A stretch of DNA of 38,567 bases from a bacterium (GCA_029555085.1 JAKPTO010000015.1:1-38567), one strand, 5' to 3'; shown: positions 10,213 to 19,458, counted from the first letter of the stretch. Notes: a model not told the origin generated them from the sequence alone. Numbers and translations: made by a program.

Positions 10213-10253
10213 ATTAAAAGGAGGCAGAAAATTTGCTCCATCTCCTACCTCCT
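10213..10253 (-). terminator. Intrinsic terminator of the 10269-10799 gene
   Basis: Minus strand aggaggtaggag...tttctgcctcct followed by tttaattt; sits between convergent genes. Confidence 0.65.
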
Positions 10254-10268
10254 AAGAGGTTTTTATAC

Positions 10269-10799
10269 CTATTTGATATTGCCCGCTGGCAATATCCCTT
10301 TTGAATCATCGATCCGGAATCGAAATTCCAGATTTTCCCTTGTTACTTTGGGATCCTGTTTCGGATCATATCCGAAAGCAGAGAACCTATCAACAAAACC
10401 GTAACCGGTTTTTCCGTCCCTTGTTAGGATCTCTACGGCAAAATAGCCATATCCATCCTGACTCAGAACTTCATTTTTCTTTACTCTAGCAACTAGAGCA
10501 TTGTAGCGTAGCTCCATTCCCTTGCTAGAGTTGTTGTAATGTAGTGTAGCTTTTTGAATATCTGCTACACTAAAGGGTTTAAAATCTTTGGTTAGCCCTG
10601 GACCTACCAGGTAAAAATCCTTTGGATTATTAGCCTGGCGTCTAATGACGAACCAGCCCTCAAATTCAGAGCTAAGGCTATAGCTGATTACTAGCTCATC
10701 GCCTTCCTCGAGAACGCTAAAACGCTCCCTGCTGTCTACTTGTGCATAGGTAGCAGACAACAAGCACACAATGATGATCATCATAATGATCTTTTTCAT
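10269..10799 (-). CDS. Hypothetical secreted protein (GC-rich cassette gene 4)
   Basis: Signal peptide MKKIIMMIIIVCLLSATYA; GGAGG SD; has its own promoter and terminator; no family recognised. Confidence 0.8.
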   Translation of the reverse strand: MKKIIMMIIIVCLLSATYAQVDSRERFSVLEEGDELVISYSLSSEFEGWFVIRRQANNPKDFYLVGPGLTKDFKPFSVADIQKATLHYNNSSKGMELRYNALVARVKKNEVLSQDGYGYFAVEILTRDGKTGYGFVDRFSAFGYDPKQDPKVTRENLEFRFRIDDSKGILPAGNIK

Positions 10800-10889
10800 A
10801 ATTCCTCCTGGAATTTTTTATTTTTTTTGGATTTTTATTTTAGAATGAAATCACTACACTCTACAAATAAAAACCCTCTCGGTGCTTAT

Positions 10890-10917
10890 ATAATACTCCA
10901 TATAAAAAATTTGTCAA
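10890..10917 (-). promoter_or_regulatory. Sigma70-type promoter for the 10269-10799 gene
   Basis: TTGACA-N16-TATTAT on the minus strand. Confidence 0.5.
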
Positions 10918-11000
10918 GTGCTTGTATATGCACACATTATTGGTCTAAATTATATTAAAATGTATTGTTTTCTTAAAAAAGATAAATTTTTTGTATAAAT

Positions 11001-11040
11001 TAAAAGAGGGTGGAAACGAATTTTCTCGCTTCCACCCTTT
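11001..11040 (-). terminator. Intrinsic terminator ending the three-gene cassette operon
   Basis: Minus strand agggtggaagcga-gaaaat-tcgtttccaccct then cttttaattt, just after the stop at 11046. Confidence 0.8.
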
Positions 11041-11045
11041 GAAGT

Positions 11046-11591
11046 TTAGTAGGTGACCGGTGTTATTAGCACCGATCCTCTTGTTTTCGAAAGATTAAAT
11101 TCGAAATGTGACTTGCCCGGGTCACGACTGTAATTGACTGTTCGGTCAATCACATACTGCGACCAGTCACACAGAGAATAGGCCGGGGCTGTAACCAGCT
11201 TTCCTGCCTTCTCATATGTGACGAGGCATTCCCACGTCAAATCGTGGGGGCCTTCCACGAGATTCGCTATGGGCACCTCAGAATAAAATCCCTGGGCGCC
11301 TGGCGCATCGGCGTGATAAACACAGGTCCAGACTTTATCTAGATAAAGTCTGGGCTCCTCTATTTTTATTATCCGATACACCGGTTTTCCATCCGGTGTG
11401 CGCCCAGCCATAGGTCCAACCAGGTTGTCTCCGACTGCCACGAAGTGGCACTGGAGGTCTGGTTGGGTTGAATAGTATACCAGCAACATGCTGGAATCCT
11501 CCGCCTTGGGACCGATTTCGATCCTGACGGGTTTTGCGAGTATAGCAGTAATGGCCATCAGTGCGATGGCAAAAATTAGCATTTTCTTCAT
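11046..11591 (-). CDS. Hypothetical secreted protein (GC-rich cassette gene 3)
   Basis: Signal peptide MKKMLIFAIALMAITAILA; SD AGGAGG; 4 Cys. Confidence 0.8.
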   Translation of the reverse strand: MKKMLIFAIALMAITAILAKPVRIEIGPKAEDSSMLLVYYSTQPDLQCHFVAVGDNLVGPMAGRTPDGKPVYRIIKIEEPRLYLDKVWTCVYHADAPGAQGFYSEVPIANLVEGPHDLTWECLVTYEKAGKLVTAPAYSLCDWSQYVIDRTVNYSRDPGKSHFEFNLSKTRGSVLITPVTY

Positions 11592-11612
11592 TTTTCCTCC
11601 TATGCTATGGGG

Positions 11613-12665
11613 TTATTGTGGTCCAATACCAGCCCATTGACCTCGAAGGTCCACGGGCTCGATGTTACTGGTTATCCCATTTTCTATTTTGGCGGTAAAT
11701 AATTCCTCGCCATAATAGAGATATTGATTTATCAATTCCACTCCTCCGACGGTGATACCAAAAATTTTTGGATTTCCGGGATCATCAAAGGAGAAGATTT
11801 TCAGATTAAAGACTTGGTTAGGGAATAATCTAAGAGTCGTCTCCCAACGATTGTATGTTGAGTTCCAACTCATTTTTTCCCTACAGAACTGGGATCCAGA
11901 CCAGGCAATTTTACATTGCATATCCGCTGTGCACGGCTCTGTAAAATTGATAATCTGGTCTTGGGGGATTGGCAGAAGTTGCACTCCATCCGCAGTATAA
12001 CCACCAACACCATCCCAGTAACAATTTACCTTCACAAGTCCACTTTGGGGGATACCTAATGTAAATAGTTCCCCTGCAAAGTTTTTTCCGAAAGTATAAC
12101 ACGGAATATTTACTTTCGGTCTGTCTTGAGGGAAAACCCCATCTGGTGATTGAGACAGGAGCATTCCCGTGCAATTTAACGTTTCTAACACATTGCCAGA
12201 AGCGTCATATCTTTTTAACACGGGAGCACCCCAAAGCACTTCTAAATCCCCATTGGGTTTTTCTAGAGCAAATCTTACTCGGTTTACACTATCTTCATCC
12301 TCCGGAATGCTCCGGATCAACACCATCGTAGAAAATGAATTAAATGGTGTTGTTGGACCAACAGTCCCCAATAATATTTTTTCCCCAGTATCATTGGGGT
12401 GTAATCTTACAGGTCCACTTTGGGGATCCTGAAAGAATCCACTCCCCGCGATAACCCATACCTTGTCTCCGTTTTGGGGATTCTTGGCGGGGTCTTTAGA
12501 GGGCTCGGGATCTGATGTGTGAAGCTTATAATAGCTTCCACTAGGATCAATAAAATCCCCATCGGTTATAACTTCCGGTCCCAAGATGTTGTCTGCAACC
12601 GAATTTCTGTCGCAACCAACAATCATAAGGGAGATTAGTATCACCACGAAAAAAAAGTTTTTCAT
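11613..12665 (-). CDS. Hypothetical lipoprotein (GC-rich cassette gene 2)
   Basis: MKNFFFVVILISLMIVG-C lipobox-type signal; SD AAGGAG; Pro/Gly-rich mature part that looks beta-rich. Confidence 0.8.
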   Translation of the reverse strand: MKNFFFVVILISLMIVGCDRNSVADNILGPEVITDGDFIDPSGSYYKLHTSDPEPSKDPAKNPQNGDKVWVIAGSGFFQDPQSGPVRLHPNDTGEKILLGTVGPTTPFNSFSTMVLIRSIPEDEDSVNRVRFALEKPNGDLEVLWGAPVLKRYDASGNVLETLNCTGMLLSQSPDGVFPQDRPKVNIPCYTFGKNFAGELFTLGIPQSGLVKVNCYWDGVGGYTADGVQLLPIPQDQIINFTEPCTADMQCKIAWSGSQFCREKMSWNSTYNRWETTLRLFPNQVFNLKIFSFDDPGNPKIFGITVGGVELINQYLYYGEELFTAKIENGITSNIEPVDLRGQWAGIGPQ

Positions 12666-12687
12666 TTTATCTCCTTTTTAATGTAAT

Positions 12688-14235
12688 CTAATGTAAATAC
12701 CTACTTGGCATGTTCCAAAACAATGTCAACTTACATTCCATGAGATCGTCACTGCGATCTTCCTGGTCCTCAAGTTGTTCACAAGTTTTGGTATAGCCAA
12801 GAATACCCTCTATCATCCACCTTCCTTTCGGCCTGTAGAAGGCACCAACCCTATAGTCACACCTTCTAAACCTCGACCACTCATTTTGGTCATCCCTATT
12901 TTGAATGTGAAAAATTTCTCTATGACTTACAAAAAGAAGCCAATTTTCACTAAATGAACGCCCGACTCTCGCATCAAATGAATAATGCTCGAACCCAGGA
13001 GCTCTCAGAGTATCCACCATCTCAGATGGTGTTAGTTGATACCCTCCAGATGCAAACATATACCACCTTTTAGGCTCAAGTTTTAATGAACCCGTGACGG
13101 CATATGTCCTGGGATTTTTGTTAAGGACGGTGTTGGCAAACACCTGGAAATGGTTGTTGCCATCCATACTGAGTTTTTCATACCCAGCATAGATGCCGTC
13201 CTCTTTGGGTATTGGGATGTAGCTCATTGAGAATCTTTCCCAAATCCTCTCATCTGTGAGTTCGTAATACTCGCATTTTAGATGAGCGAATTCGCGATAA
13301 TCTCGTCTCCATCCCATTTCAAAGAAATTTCTCCGAATGGGTTGCCACTGGACACCTAGGGTGGTGTGCCAGTCATAGGGACCATCTTGGTAGCCCCCCT
13401 CAAAACCGGCAATGATGGCAAAGTTATCTTTCAGACACACTTTACCACCAATAGATACTATTCCGGAGTAAATTCCCTTATCAGTGGTGTTATAATCCAC
13501 TAGAGTATATCCATTTGTTCCCAGAACCCTAAAAAATGGTTCCCCAAATAAATCAGTGGCCCCAGAGACCCACCCCCAAACGTGGGCACACAGTCTTCTC
13601 TCTATCACTTCTACAAAAATCGTATCAGTGACTGTTTGATAGACCGGATAGGGCCTATCAACATAGACTGTGTCGTGCACAACAACCTCATAAGGTTCTG
13701 GCACGTATTTGATTTCAATTGAGGGTTCGGGCGGAGGTTTGGGCAAGTCCAGTTCCTTCCAACAATGGTTGTTGCACTGAACTTTTCCGTTTAAATTGTT
13801 CTGAAACCAATAGCTACAGAACAACTTTCCAGTCAGTGAGTTGTAGGCCTTTACCAGCCAGGCACTGGCTGGCTTTACATTAAAATTTTCTCCGATTGTC
13901 ACTTGTGCCAATCGGACAATGATATTAGGGGAGTACTTTCCTCCATAGCATTCCCCGTCAAACCTCTCTCCGGATGTCACAACGACCTTTTCCTTAATGT
14001 CGTTGTTGAAATTGGAGATGAGACTATCCGCACAGTCCGGAGCTATTACTCCAACCGCAACCAATAATCTCATGTGATCTTCAAACTTCTCGAGGCAACT
14101 TACGTCGCCTCCCATCTTTACCCATGTCCATGGCCTACCGCGATGGACTTCCACGTTTTTCCCTTTGTATTTCAGGGCAAAAAGTCCAGAAAAACAAAAA
14201 AGGAAAACTACGAAGACGAAAATTATCTTTTTCAT
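12688..14235 (-). CDS. Hypothetical secreted protein with Cys-rich N-domain, Pro/DTVYV stalk and beta-barrel-like C-terminal half (GC-rich cassette gene 1)
   Basis: Signal peptide; PKPPPEP linker; VVVHDTVYV..VTDTIFVEV; amphipathic strands such as FDARVGRSF, DYRVGAFYRP, WMIEGILGY and CKLTLFW; SD GGAGG. The barrel assignment is inference. Confidence 0.75.
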   Translation of the reverse strand: MKKIIFVFVVFLFCFSGLFALKYKGKNVEVHRGRPWTWVKMGGDVSCLEKFEDHMRLLVAVGVIAPDCADSLISNFNNDIKEKVVVTSGERFDGECYGGKYSPNIIVRLAQVTIGENFNVKPASAWLVKAYNSLTGKLFCSYWFQNNLNGKVQCNNHCWKELDLPKPPPEPSIEIKYVPEPYEVVVHDTVYVDRPYPVYQTVTDTIFVEVIERRLCAHVWGWVSGATDLFGEPFFRVLGTNGYTLVDYNTTDKGIYSGIVSIGGKVCLKDNFAIIAGFEGGYQDGPYDWHTTLGVQWQPIRRNFFEMGWRRDYREFAHLKCEYYELTDERIWERFSMSYIPIPKEDGIYAGYEKLSMDGNNHFQVFANTVLNKNPRTYAVTGSLKLEPKRWYMFASGGYQLTPSEMVDTLRAPGFEHYSFDARVGRSFSENWLLFVSHREIFHIQNRDDQNEWSRFRRCDYRVGAFYRPKGRWMIEGILGYTKTCEQLEDQEDRSDDLMECKLTLFWNMPSRYLH

Positions 14236-14313
14236 CTTTTAATCCTCCATATTTTTTATTTTTTTTAATGTGCTATTTTTTATCTAAAACGCTTACGCGT
14301 AATATTTTTAATT

Positions 14314-15156
14314 TTATTTACCTAATAATCTTCTTCTTAATTCTTCAAAATCTATATTGTCTGAAATATTTCTATTTTGCGAATTATTGTTAATATTATT
14401 ATTTGCTGAATTTTCTGTATTATTTTCTTGAGCTTCTGCTTGATTAAAAACTAATTTAATTTTTTGATGTGTTTTGGCTTTTTTATTACTAGAATTAAAG
14501 AAGTTATTTAAACTAGCATCAAAATTTGTATATTTATTTGGAAACAATACCATAAATGAAATATTAAAAAACACGGCTAAAATAAAACTCGTAAAAATAT
14601 TTACAAACCAATTTGGTCTCACTGGATAATTTGATGTAACTGGAGTATCAATAATTTGTAATTTAATTAAATCTCCCGCGCCATGATAATCTTTGTGTGT
14701 TTGAAAAAGTGTATTTATAATATTGTTTAAATGTTTTTCTGCTTCAAAAGCTGATTCATTATATACTTTTATTTGTACTATTGATGTATTTGGAATAATT
14801 TTTACATCAACTTGCCTTTTCCAATGATTTCTTTTTTGTTTTTCACTTGCATAAAATTTAAAAGGAGTGTCTGGATATTTTTCTATAACTTGATTTCTGA
14901 ATGATGATGATAAAATTGCATCGCTTATATTTTTAGATATGGCCTCAGATGCTTTACTAGCAATGTATGCATCCATTTGCATTTGTTGATTCTGAATTAT
15001 TAAAATTTTTGCAGTTGATGAGTATTCTATTTTTTGAAAAACTGTTAATATACAAGATATCAATATAAAAATTAATACAAAGAAAACAAAAGCAAACTTA
15101 TTCTGTAATGAAAAGTTTAAAACGCTTTCTGATTTTGTTGTTATTTTTTCTTTCAT
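14314..15156 (-). CDS. Wzz/YveK-type polysaccharide chain-length determinant
   Basis: N-terminal TM, YSSTAKILI, C-terminal IIDTP..PVRPN + TM. Confidence 0.85.
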   Translation of the reverse strand: MKEKITTKSESVLNFSLQNKFAFVFFVLIFILISCILTVFQKIEYSSTAKILIIQNQQMQMDAYIASKASEAISKNISDAILSSSFRNQVIEKYPDTPFKFYASEKQKRNHWKRQVDVKIIPNTSIVQIKVYNESAFEAEKHLNNIINTLFQTHKDYHGAGDLIKLQIIDTPVTSNYPVRPNWFVNIFTSFILAVFFNISFMVLFPNKYTNFDASLNNFFNSSNKKAKTHQKIKLVFNQAEAQENNTENSANNNINNNSQNRNISDNIDFEELRRRLLGK

Positions 15157-15157
15157 A

Positions 15158-16909
15158 TTATTTTATTGTTATTTCTTTATCACTATATAAACTAAAATTT
15201 GAATAATAATCTAATATATTTAATTCATAATTTACTTTTTCAACCCCTGGTTGTTTTTGTATAAATAATTTATAACTACCATTTTCTAAATATTTCTTCA
15301 TTCCATTCGGTAATTTATATTTAAATGTAAGGGTTTTTGAATGTTTTGGTTCTATTGATATAAATGTTCCAAAAATTGTTTTCCCATATAAATTATATAC
15401 ATCTGTTTGACCTGGTTTTTCTGTTCTATCTGTTTCCATAGAGCCCACTGTTTCTATTAATTCTGAGCCCATTGGTACTAAAATTCTTGTATATGTTCTG
15501 TATCTTGTTGAATTCCAGGAAAATGTTCCATTGTGGGTGTATGTAATATCTACTTGCGCTATCAAATCCTCGTTTTCTTTTTTAATATTATATTTTACAC
15601 TTCTATCAATAAATTGATCTGATTTATAACTTGCTAAATTACTATCTACTACCATTATATAATCAGAATTTTTATTTTTTATTTCTCCTGCCCAGTTATT
15701 CTGAATTAATATATTTTCAATTTCAGAATCCGTACTATAAACAAGAATATTTTTATTTTGCAAATTTTCATCAATTATATCTAGAATTTTAGAATAATCT
15801 GATAAGCTTCTGTTTTTCAATCCATCTAAAATTGACTGCGCTAAAGATTTTATAATGTCTTTTCTATCCCAGTGTGAAATATTTCTCTCTTTGTAATATA
15901 ATTCAACTGCTTTTTGTAAATCATCAGTAAAATTTTCTTTTTCAAATATCACACCTTCAATATTTTGTATTCCTATTACGCCCAATAGTTCTCCAACAAC
16001 ATCTGGTGTTAATGCAATCACTCCATCAATATTTCCCATATCTCCAGATTCAAGTTTATATAAATCAATACAATTTTTCATAGATTCTGGAAAACCAGGT
16101 TCAAAATTACAATCTCTCATATACCACTCTGGTGTTTCGAGATATTTTGCAATCGGAGCTGGTATGTCATTTTTTAACTTTCCTATTGCTTGGCTATCCA
16201 AATGGTATATGTCATCAATGAATATATTTTTAATTTTTGTATTTTCTATTGTTAAGATTCCGTATGTTCCTATAAATCCACCTGTTGGGCGAAGTTCTGT
16301 ATTGTTTTGAAATAATAATAAATATTTTTTTTCAGCATTTATTCCAGCTATATCATAAATGTACTCATTGAATGGTTCTAAAAATTTTAATGCTTTTGAT
16401 ATAAAATTTATATTCTCTGATAACTTATCATTGTCAACGCCCAAAACACTCTTTATAATATTTAAATTTATTGCTAAATTTTCAAAGCTAGTTCTAAAAT
16501 TTTTTAATTGATCTTTGTTTTTTAATAAATAAAGTAAAATATCATTTCTTGAAGCGTCATTACTAAGTGAAGATAAAATATTATACGATCCACTAGTAAT
16601 AACTTTAGCGTCTTTTACTATATTTTCAATTGCTGTAAATTTTGAATTTACTATTGGAATAAACTTAAATATTTTCAATAACTTCAAATTTTTTTCAATA
16701 ACAGCTATATCACCATTTGTTTGGTTTAATAAAATTTTCACAGAATTATAGTCATCATTTTTAGCGTATTCTTGTATTTTTGTTAGGTTGTTTTTTATCA
16801 ACATCCCACGAGAATAAACTGTTTTTATGGGCAAAACTACGAAATAGATACTAAAAATGATCAAAAATAATACTATTACTATAATTACTAGTTTTGTATT
16901 TTTTTTCAT
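15158..16909 (-). CDS. DUF4012 domain membrane-anchored protein
   Basis: YLLLFQNNTELRPTGGFIGTYG, RDCNFEPGFP, IDGVIALTP and YKLFIQKQPG motifs. Confidence 0.85.
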   Translation of the reverse strand: MKKNTKLVIIVIVLFLIIFSIYFVVLPIKTVYSRGMLIKNNLTKIQEYAKNDDYNSVKILLNQTNGDIAVIEKNLKLLKIFKFIPIVNSKFTAIENIVKDAKVITSGSYNILSSLSNDASRNDILLYLLKNKDQLKNFRTSFENLAINLNIIKSVLGVDNDKLSENINFISKALKFLEPFNEYIYDIAGINAEKKYLLLFQNNTELRPTGGFIGTYGILTIENTKIKNIFIDDIYHLDSQAIGKLKNDIPAPIAKYLETPEWYMRDCNFEPGFPESMKNCIDLYKLESGDMGNIDGVIALTPDVVGELLGVIGIQNIEGVIFEKENFTDDLQKAVELYYKERNISHWDRKDIIKSLAQSILDGLKNRSLSDYSKILDIIDENLQNKNILVYSTDSEIENILIQNNWAGEIKNKNSDYIMVVDSNLASYKSDQFIDRSVKYNIKKENEDLIAQVDITYTHNGTFSWNSTRYRTYTRILVPMGSELIETVGSMETDRTEKPGQTDVYNLYGKTIFGTFISIEPKHSKTLTFKYKLPNGMKKYLENGSYKLFIQKQPGVEKVNYELNILDYYSNFSLYSDKEITIK

Positions 16910-16949
16910 GGTTTCTTTTTTATTATAATTTTTATTTTTTTAATAACTT

Positions 16950-16978
16950 ATCTTACATCAAAACAAAAAATTTGTCAA
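16950..16978 (-). promoter_or_regulatory. Sigma70-type promoter for the DUF4012-wzz operon
   Basis: TTGACA-N17-TAAGAT; the -35 element is one arm of a 10-bp inverted repeat (16969-17000). Confidence 0.6.
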
Positions 16979-17023
16979 GCTCTTTCTATGTTGACAAATT
17001 ATTCAACTTATTTCCTTATATAC

Positions 17024-17057
17024 ACAAAAAATCTTCAATAATTTGAAGACTTTTTGT
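17024..17057. terminator. Hairpin terminator downstream of the SIMPL gene (possibly bidirectional)
   Basis: acaaaaaatcttcaa-taat-ttgaagactttttgt. Confidence 0.6.
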
Positions 17058-17082
17058 TTAAATTTACAAGTTATAGAAAATA

Positions 17083-17862
17083 TTATTTAACTTTATAAGT
17101 TAATGTAATATTTGATGAAACTTCCGACTCTCCAGAATTTATTATTGGGGAACTCTCTGCCTTGTTTAGACCAGCTACGCCCATCGCAAGATTTACTGTT
17201 TCACAAGCTTGATAATAGTCATTTTCATATACTCCAATAATTTTCCCCAACTTAATGCCGGACTCTTTCTCCATTTGACGAGCTTTTTCCTTTGCATTTT
17301 TTATAGCCTCTGCTCTTGCCAAAGCCTTTAATCCTTCTTGATCATCAATTGTAAATGCTACATTTCCAATTTGATTTGCGCCTATATTTGCAGATTCTTT
17401 AATTACATCTCCTATTTTATCTAAATTTCTTATTTTAATAGTTATTTCCTGATACAATTCATAGCCAGCAATCGTTGCTCGCCCACCGTCTCTAGGGTAA
17501 ACATACGATGGATTCACAGAATAAGCTGTTGTTTTTATGTCTTTTTCTTCAATTTCCATTTTTTTCATTTGCTCTATAATGTTATTCATTTTATCAGCAC
17601 CTTCTTTTACAGCTAGCTGAGCTTCTTTTTTAACTTCTGTTTTTATTCCTAATTTAATTGTTGCAATATCTGGTTTTGCAAAAACACGCCCCTCTGCAGA
17701 AATACTAACCAAATTATTATCATTAAATAATTTATCTTTTAAAATTGACACAACCCCTAATCCTATCACTCCTAAAATTAGTATTAGGGTTAAAAACCTA
17801 TTCCAACAATTTAATTTGGAATTGTAATTTTTTATACAATCTTGTTTTTTTTCTTCTTCCAT
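17083..17862 (-). CDS. SIMPL/DUF541 (BP26-like) domain protein
   Basis: TM anchor; VSISAEGRVFAKPDIATI, DIKTTAYSVNPSY, ARAEAIKNAKEKA..GIKLGKI. Confidence 0.9.
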   Translation of the reverse strand: MEEEKKQDCIKNYNSKLNCWNRFLTLILILGVIGLGVVSILKDKLFNDNNLVSISAEGRVFAKPDIATIKLGIKTEVKKEAQLAVKEGADKMNNIIEQMKKMEIEEKDIKTTAYSVNPSYVYPRDGGRATIAGYELYQEITIKIRNLDKIGDVIKESANIGANQIGNVAFTIDDQEGLKALARAEAIKNAKEKARQMEKESGIKLGKIIGVYENDYYQACETVNLAMGVAGLNKAESSPIINSGESEVSSNITLTYKVK

Positions 17863-17930
17863 GTATTTGTCTTTCAGCTTCTCCTCCTTCTCAGCTGATT
17901 AATTAATTTTTAATTTATATTTTATATAAT

Positions 17931-18176
17931 TTATACTATTGGCGATGTTGGTGGTGCTTTAATTGGTGTTGAATTTGTTTCTTGTTTTTTTATTTTACTA
18001 AACACAAAAATATATAAAATTTCCAAAACCCCAATTGTATTTAATAACATTAAAACAATAAACCATGTTTTTTGCTGCTTTTGAGCTGATTTCCACAAAG
18101 CCACGCCCTTCCAGGGTAGAGACCATAAGGATATAATAATTATTAAATTAATTTGTACCTGTGTTAAGGGTTCCAT
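17931..18176 (-). CDS. Small membrane protein, DUF5652-like
   Basis: WSLPWKGVALWKSA...WFIVLMLLNTIGVLEILYIF. Confidence 0.8.
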   Translation of the reverse strand: MEPLTQVQINLIIIISLWSLPWKGVALWKSAQKQQKTWFIVLMLLNTIGVLEILYIFVFSKIKKQETNSTPIKAPPTSPIV

Positions 18177-18300
18177 AATATAGTTGATAGTATTAAATAT
18201 ATTATATCACAATTTTACATAAAAAAATATTTTTTCTTTCTTGTATATAAGTATATCCAAAATAGTAAAATCGACAAATTGTTCATTTTGTTCGTCCTTT

Positions 18301-19458
18301 TTATTTTCTATTTTTCATTCCCATTTTTCTTCCTCTATTTGCAAATCTATGCGCTTCTTCGCGAACTTTTAAAAGTGTTGACTTGATATTTTCTGCTAAT
18401 ATTTTTTGATTTTTATTTAAAGAATTTGAAAAAACTAATTTATTATTATCATATTTTGAAATTCCAACAATGGGAATATTAATATTATTTTTAAGAAAAT
18501 ATTTATTTATAAAATCAACTTGTGGCTTTCCACCGTCAATCATTATTAAATCAGGATATTGCCATTCATTATGTTTCATTCTTCTTTCAAGCATTTCAAG
18601 TAATGCTCTCTCATCGTCAGAACTCGGCGCGGTTTTTATTTTAAATAACCTATATTCATTTTTATTCGGCTCGTTGTTTTCAAAAACAACCATTGATCCA
18701 TAAGTTTCACGACCTGCAAAATGAGAAATATCATATCCCTCAATTCTATTAATTTTTTTATTTAAATCTGTTTCGTTTGTGAGTAATGAAACATCTTGAA
18801 TATGACGCAAAGCTTTTACTGATTCAGGATTTTCCTTTGATAATTTGTTTATTAATTTTTTCTTTTCACCAGATAAAAATAAAATAATGTTTGTTATATT
18901 TTTTCTATAATCTTTTTTTGTAATTTTCCCCATGCAAGTTCCTGGACAAAGTCCTATTTGATAATCAAAACAAGGTTTTCCATTATTTGCTTTACATGTG
19001 CTATATGGAAATATTCGTCTAATAATTTTTAAAGCATTTTGAATTAAATACAATGATTGGTAGGGACCAAAAACAGCAAAATCTTTTATTGGAAATTTTA
19101 TGAGTTCTCGTTCTCTAACAATTTTAATTGTCGGATAATCGCTTTTTTTATCAATTACAATATAGATAAAAGATCTATTATCTTTATCTTTTACATTATA
19201 TTTTGGCAAAAATTTTTTAATATTTTGCGCCTCAAGAATAATTGCTTCAAGTAAATTATCTGTTTCGATATATTTTATATCTTTAGCTAATGAAACCATT
19301 TCAGCAATTCTCTCATCAATATCCTTCCTAAAATACTGAGAAACTCTATTTCTCAAACTAGTTGCGCGACCAACATAAAGAATTTCCCTTTTTTTGTCTA
19401 AGAAAAAATACACTCCTGATTTTTTAGGAAACTTTTTTATTTTGTCTTTTAACTGCAT
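18301..19458 (-). CDS. uvrC: Excinuclease ABC subunit C, shortened form
   Basis: GIY-YIG domain (GVYFF..YVGRATSLRNRV), Cys cluster (C..CFDYQIGLCPGTC), RNase H-like RIEGYDISH and PDLIMIDGGKPQ; no C-terminal HhH. Confidence 0.92.
   Translation of the reverse strand: MQLKDKIKKFPKKSGVYFFLDKKREILYVGRATSLRNRVSQYFRKDIDERIAEMVSLAKDIKYIETDNLLEAIILEAQNIKKFLPKYNVKDKDNRSFIYIVIDKKSDYPTIKIVRERELIKFPIKDFAVFGPYQSLYLIQNALKIIRRIFPYSTCKANNGKPCFDYQIGLCPGTCMGKITKKDYRKNITNIILFLSGEKKKLINKLSKENPESVKALRHIQDVSLLTNETDLNKKINRIEGYDISHFAGRETYGSMVVFENNEPNKNEYRLFKIKTAPSSDDERALLEMLERRMKHNEWQYPDLIMIDGGKPQVDFINKYFLKNNINIPIVGISKYDNNKLVFSNSLNKNQKILAENIKSTLLKVREEAHRFANRGRKMGMKNRK

Noticed and set aside
10213-14313. Prophage, integron or DGR explanation for the GC-rich cassette
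   Set aside because: No integrase, reverse transcriptase, attC-like sites, TR/VR repeat pair or phage genes visible.
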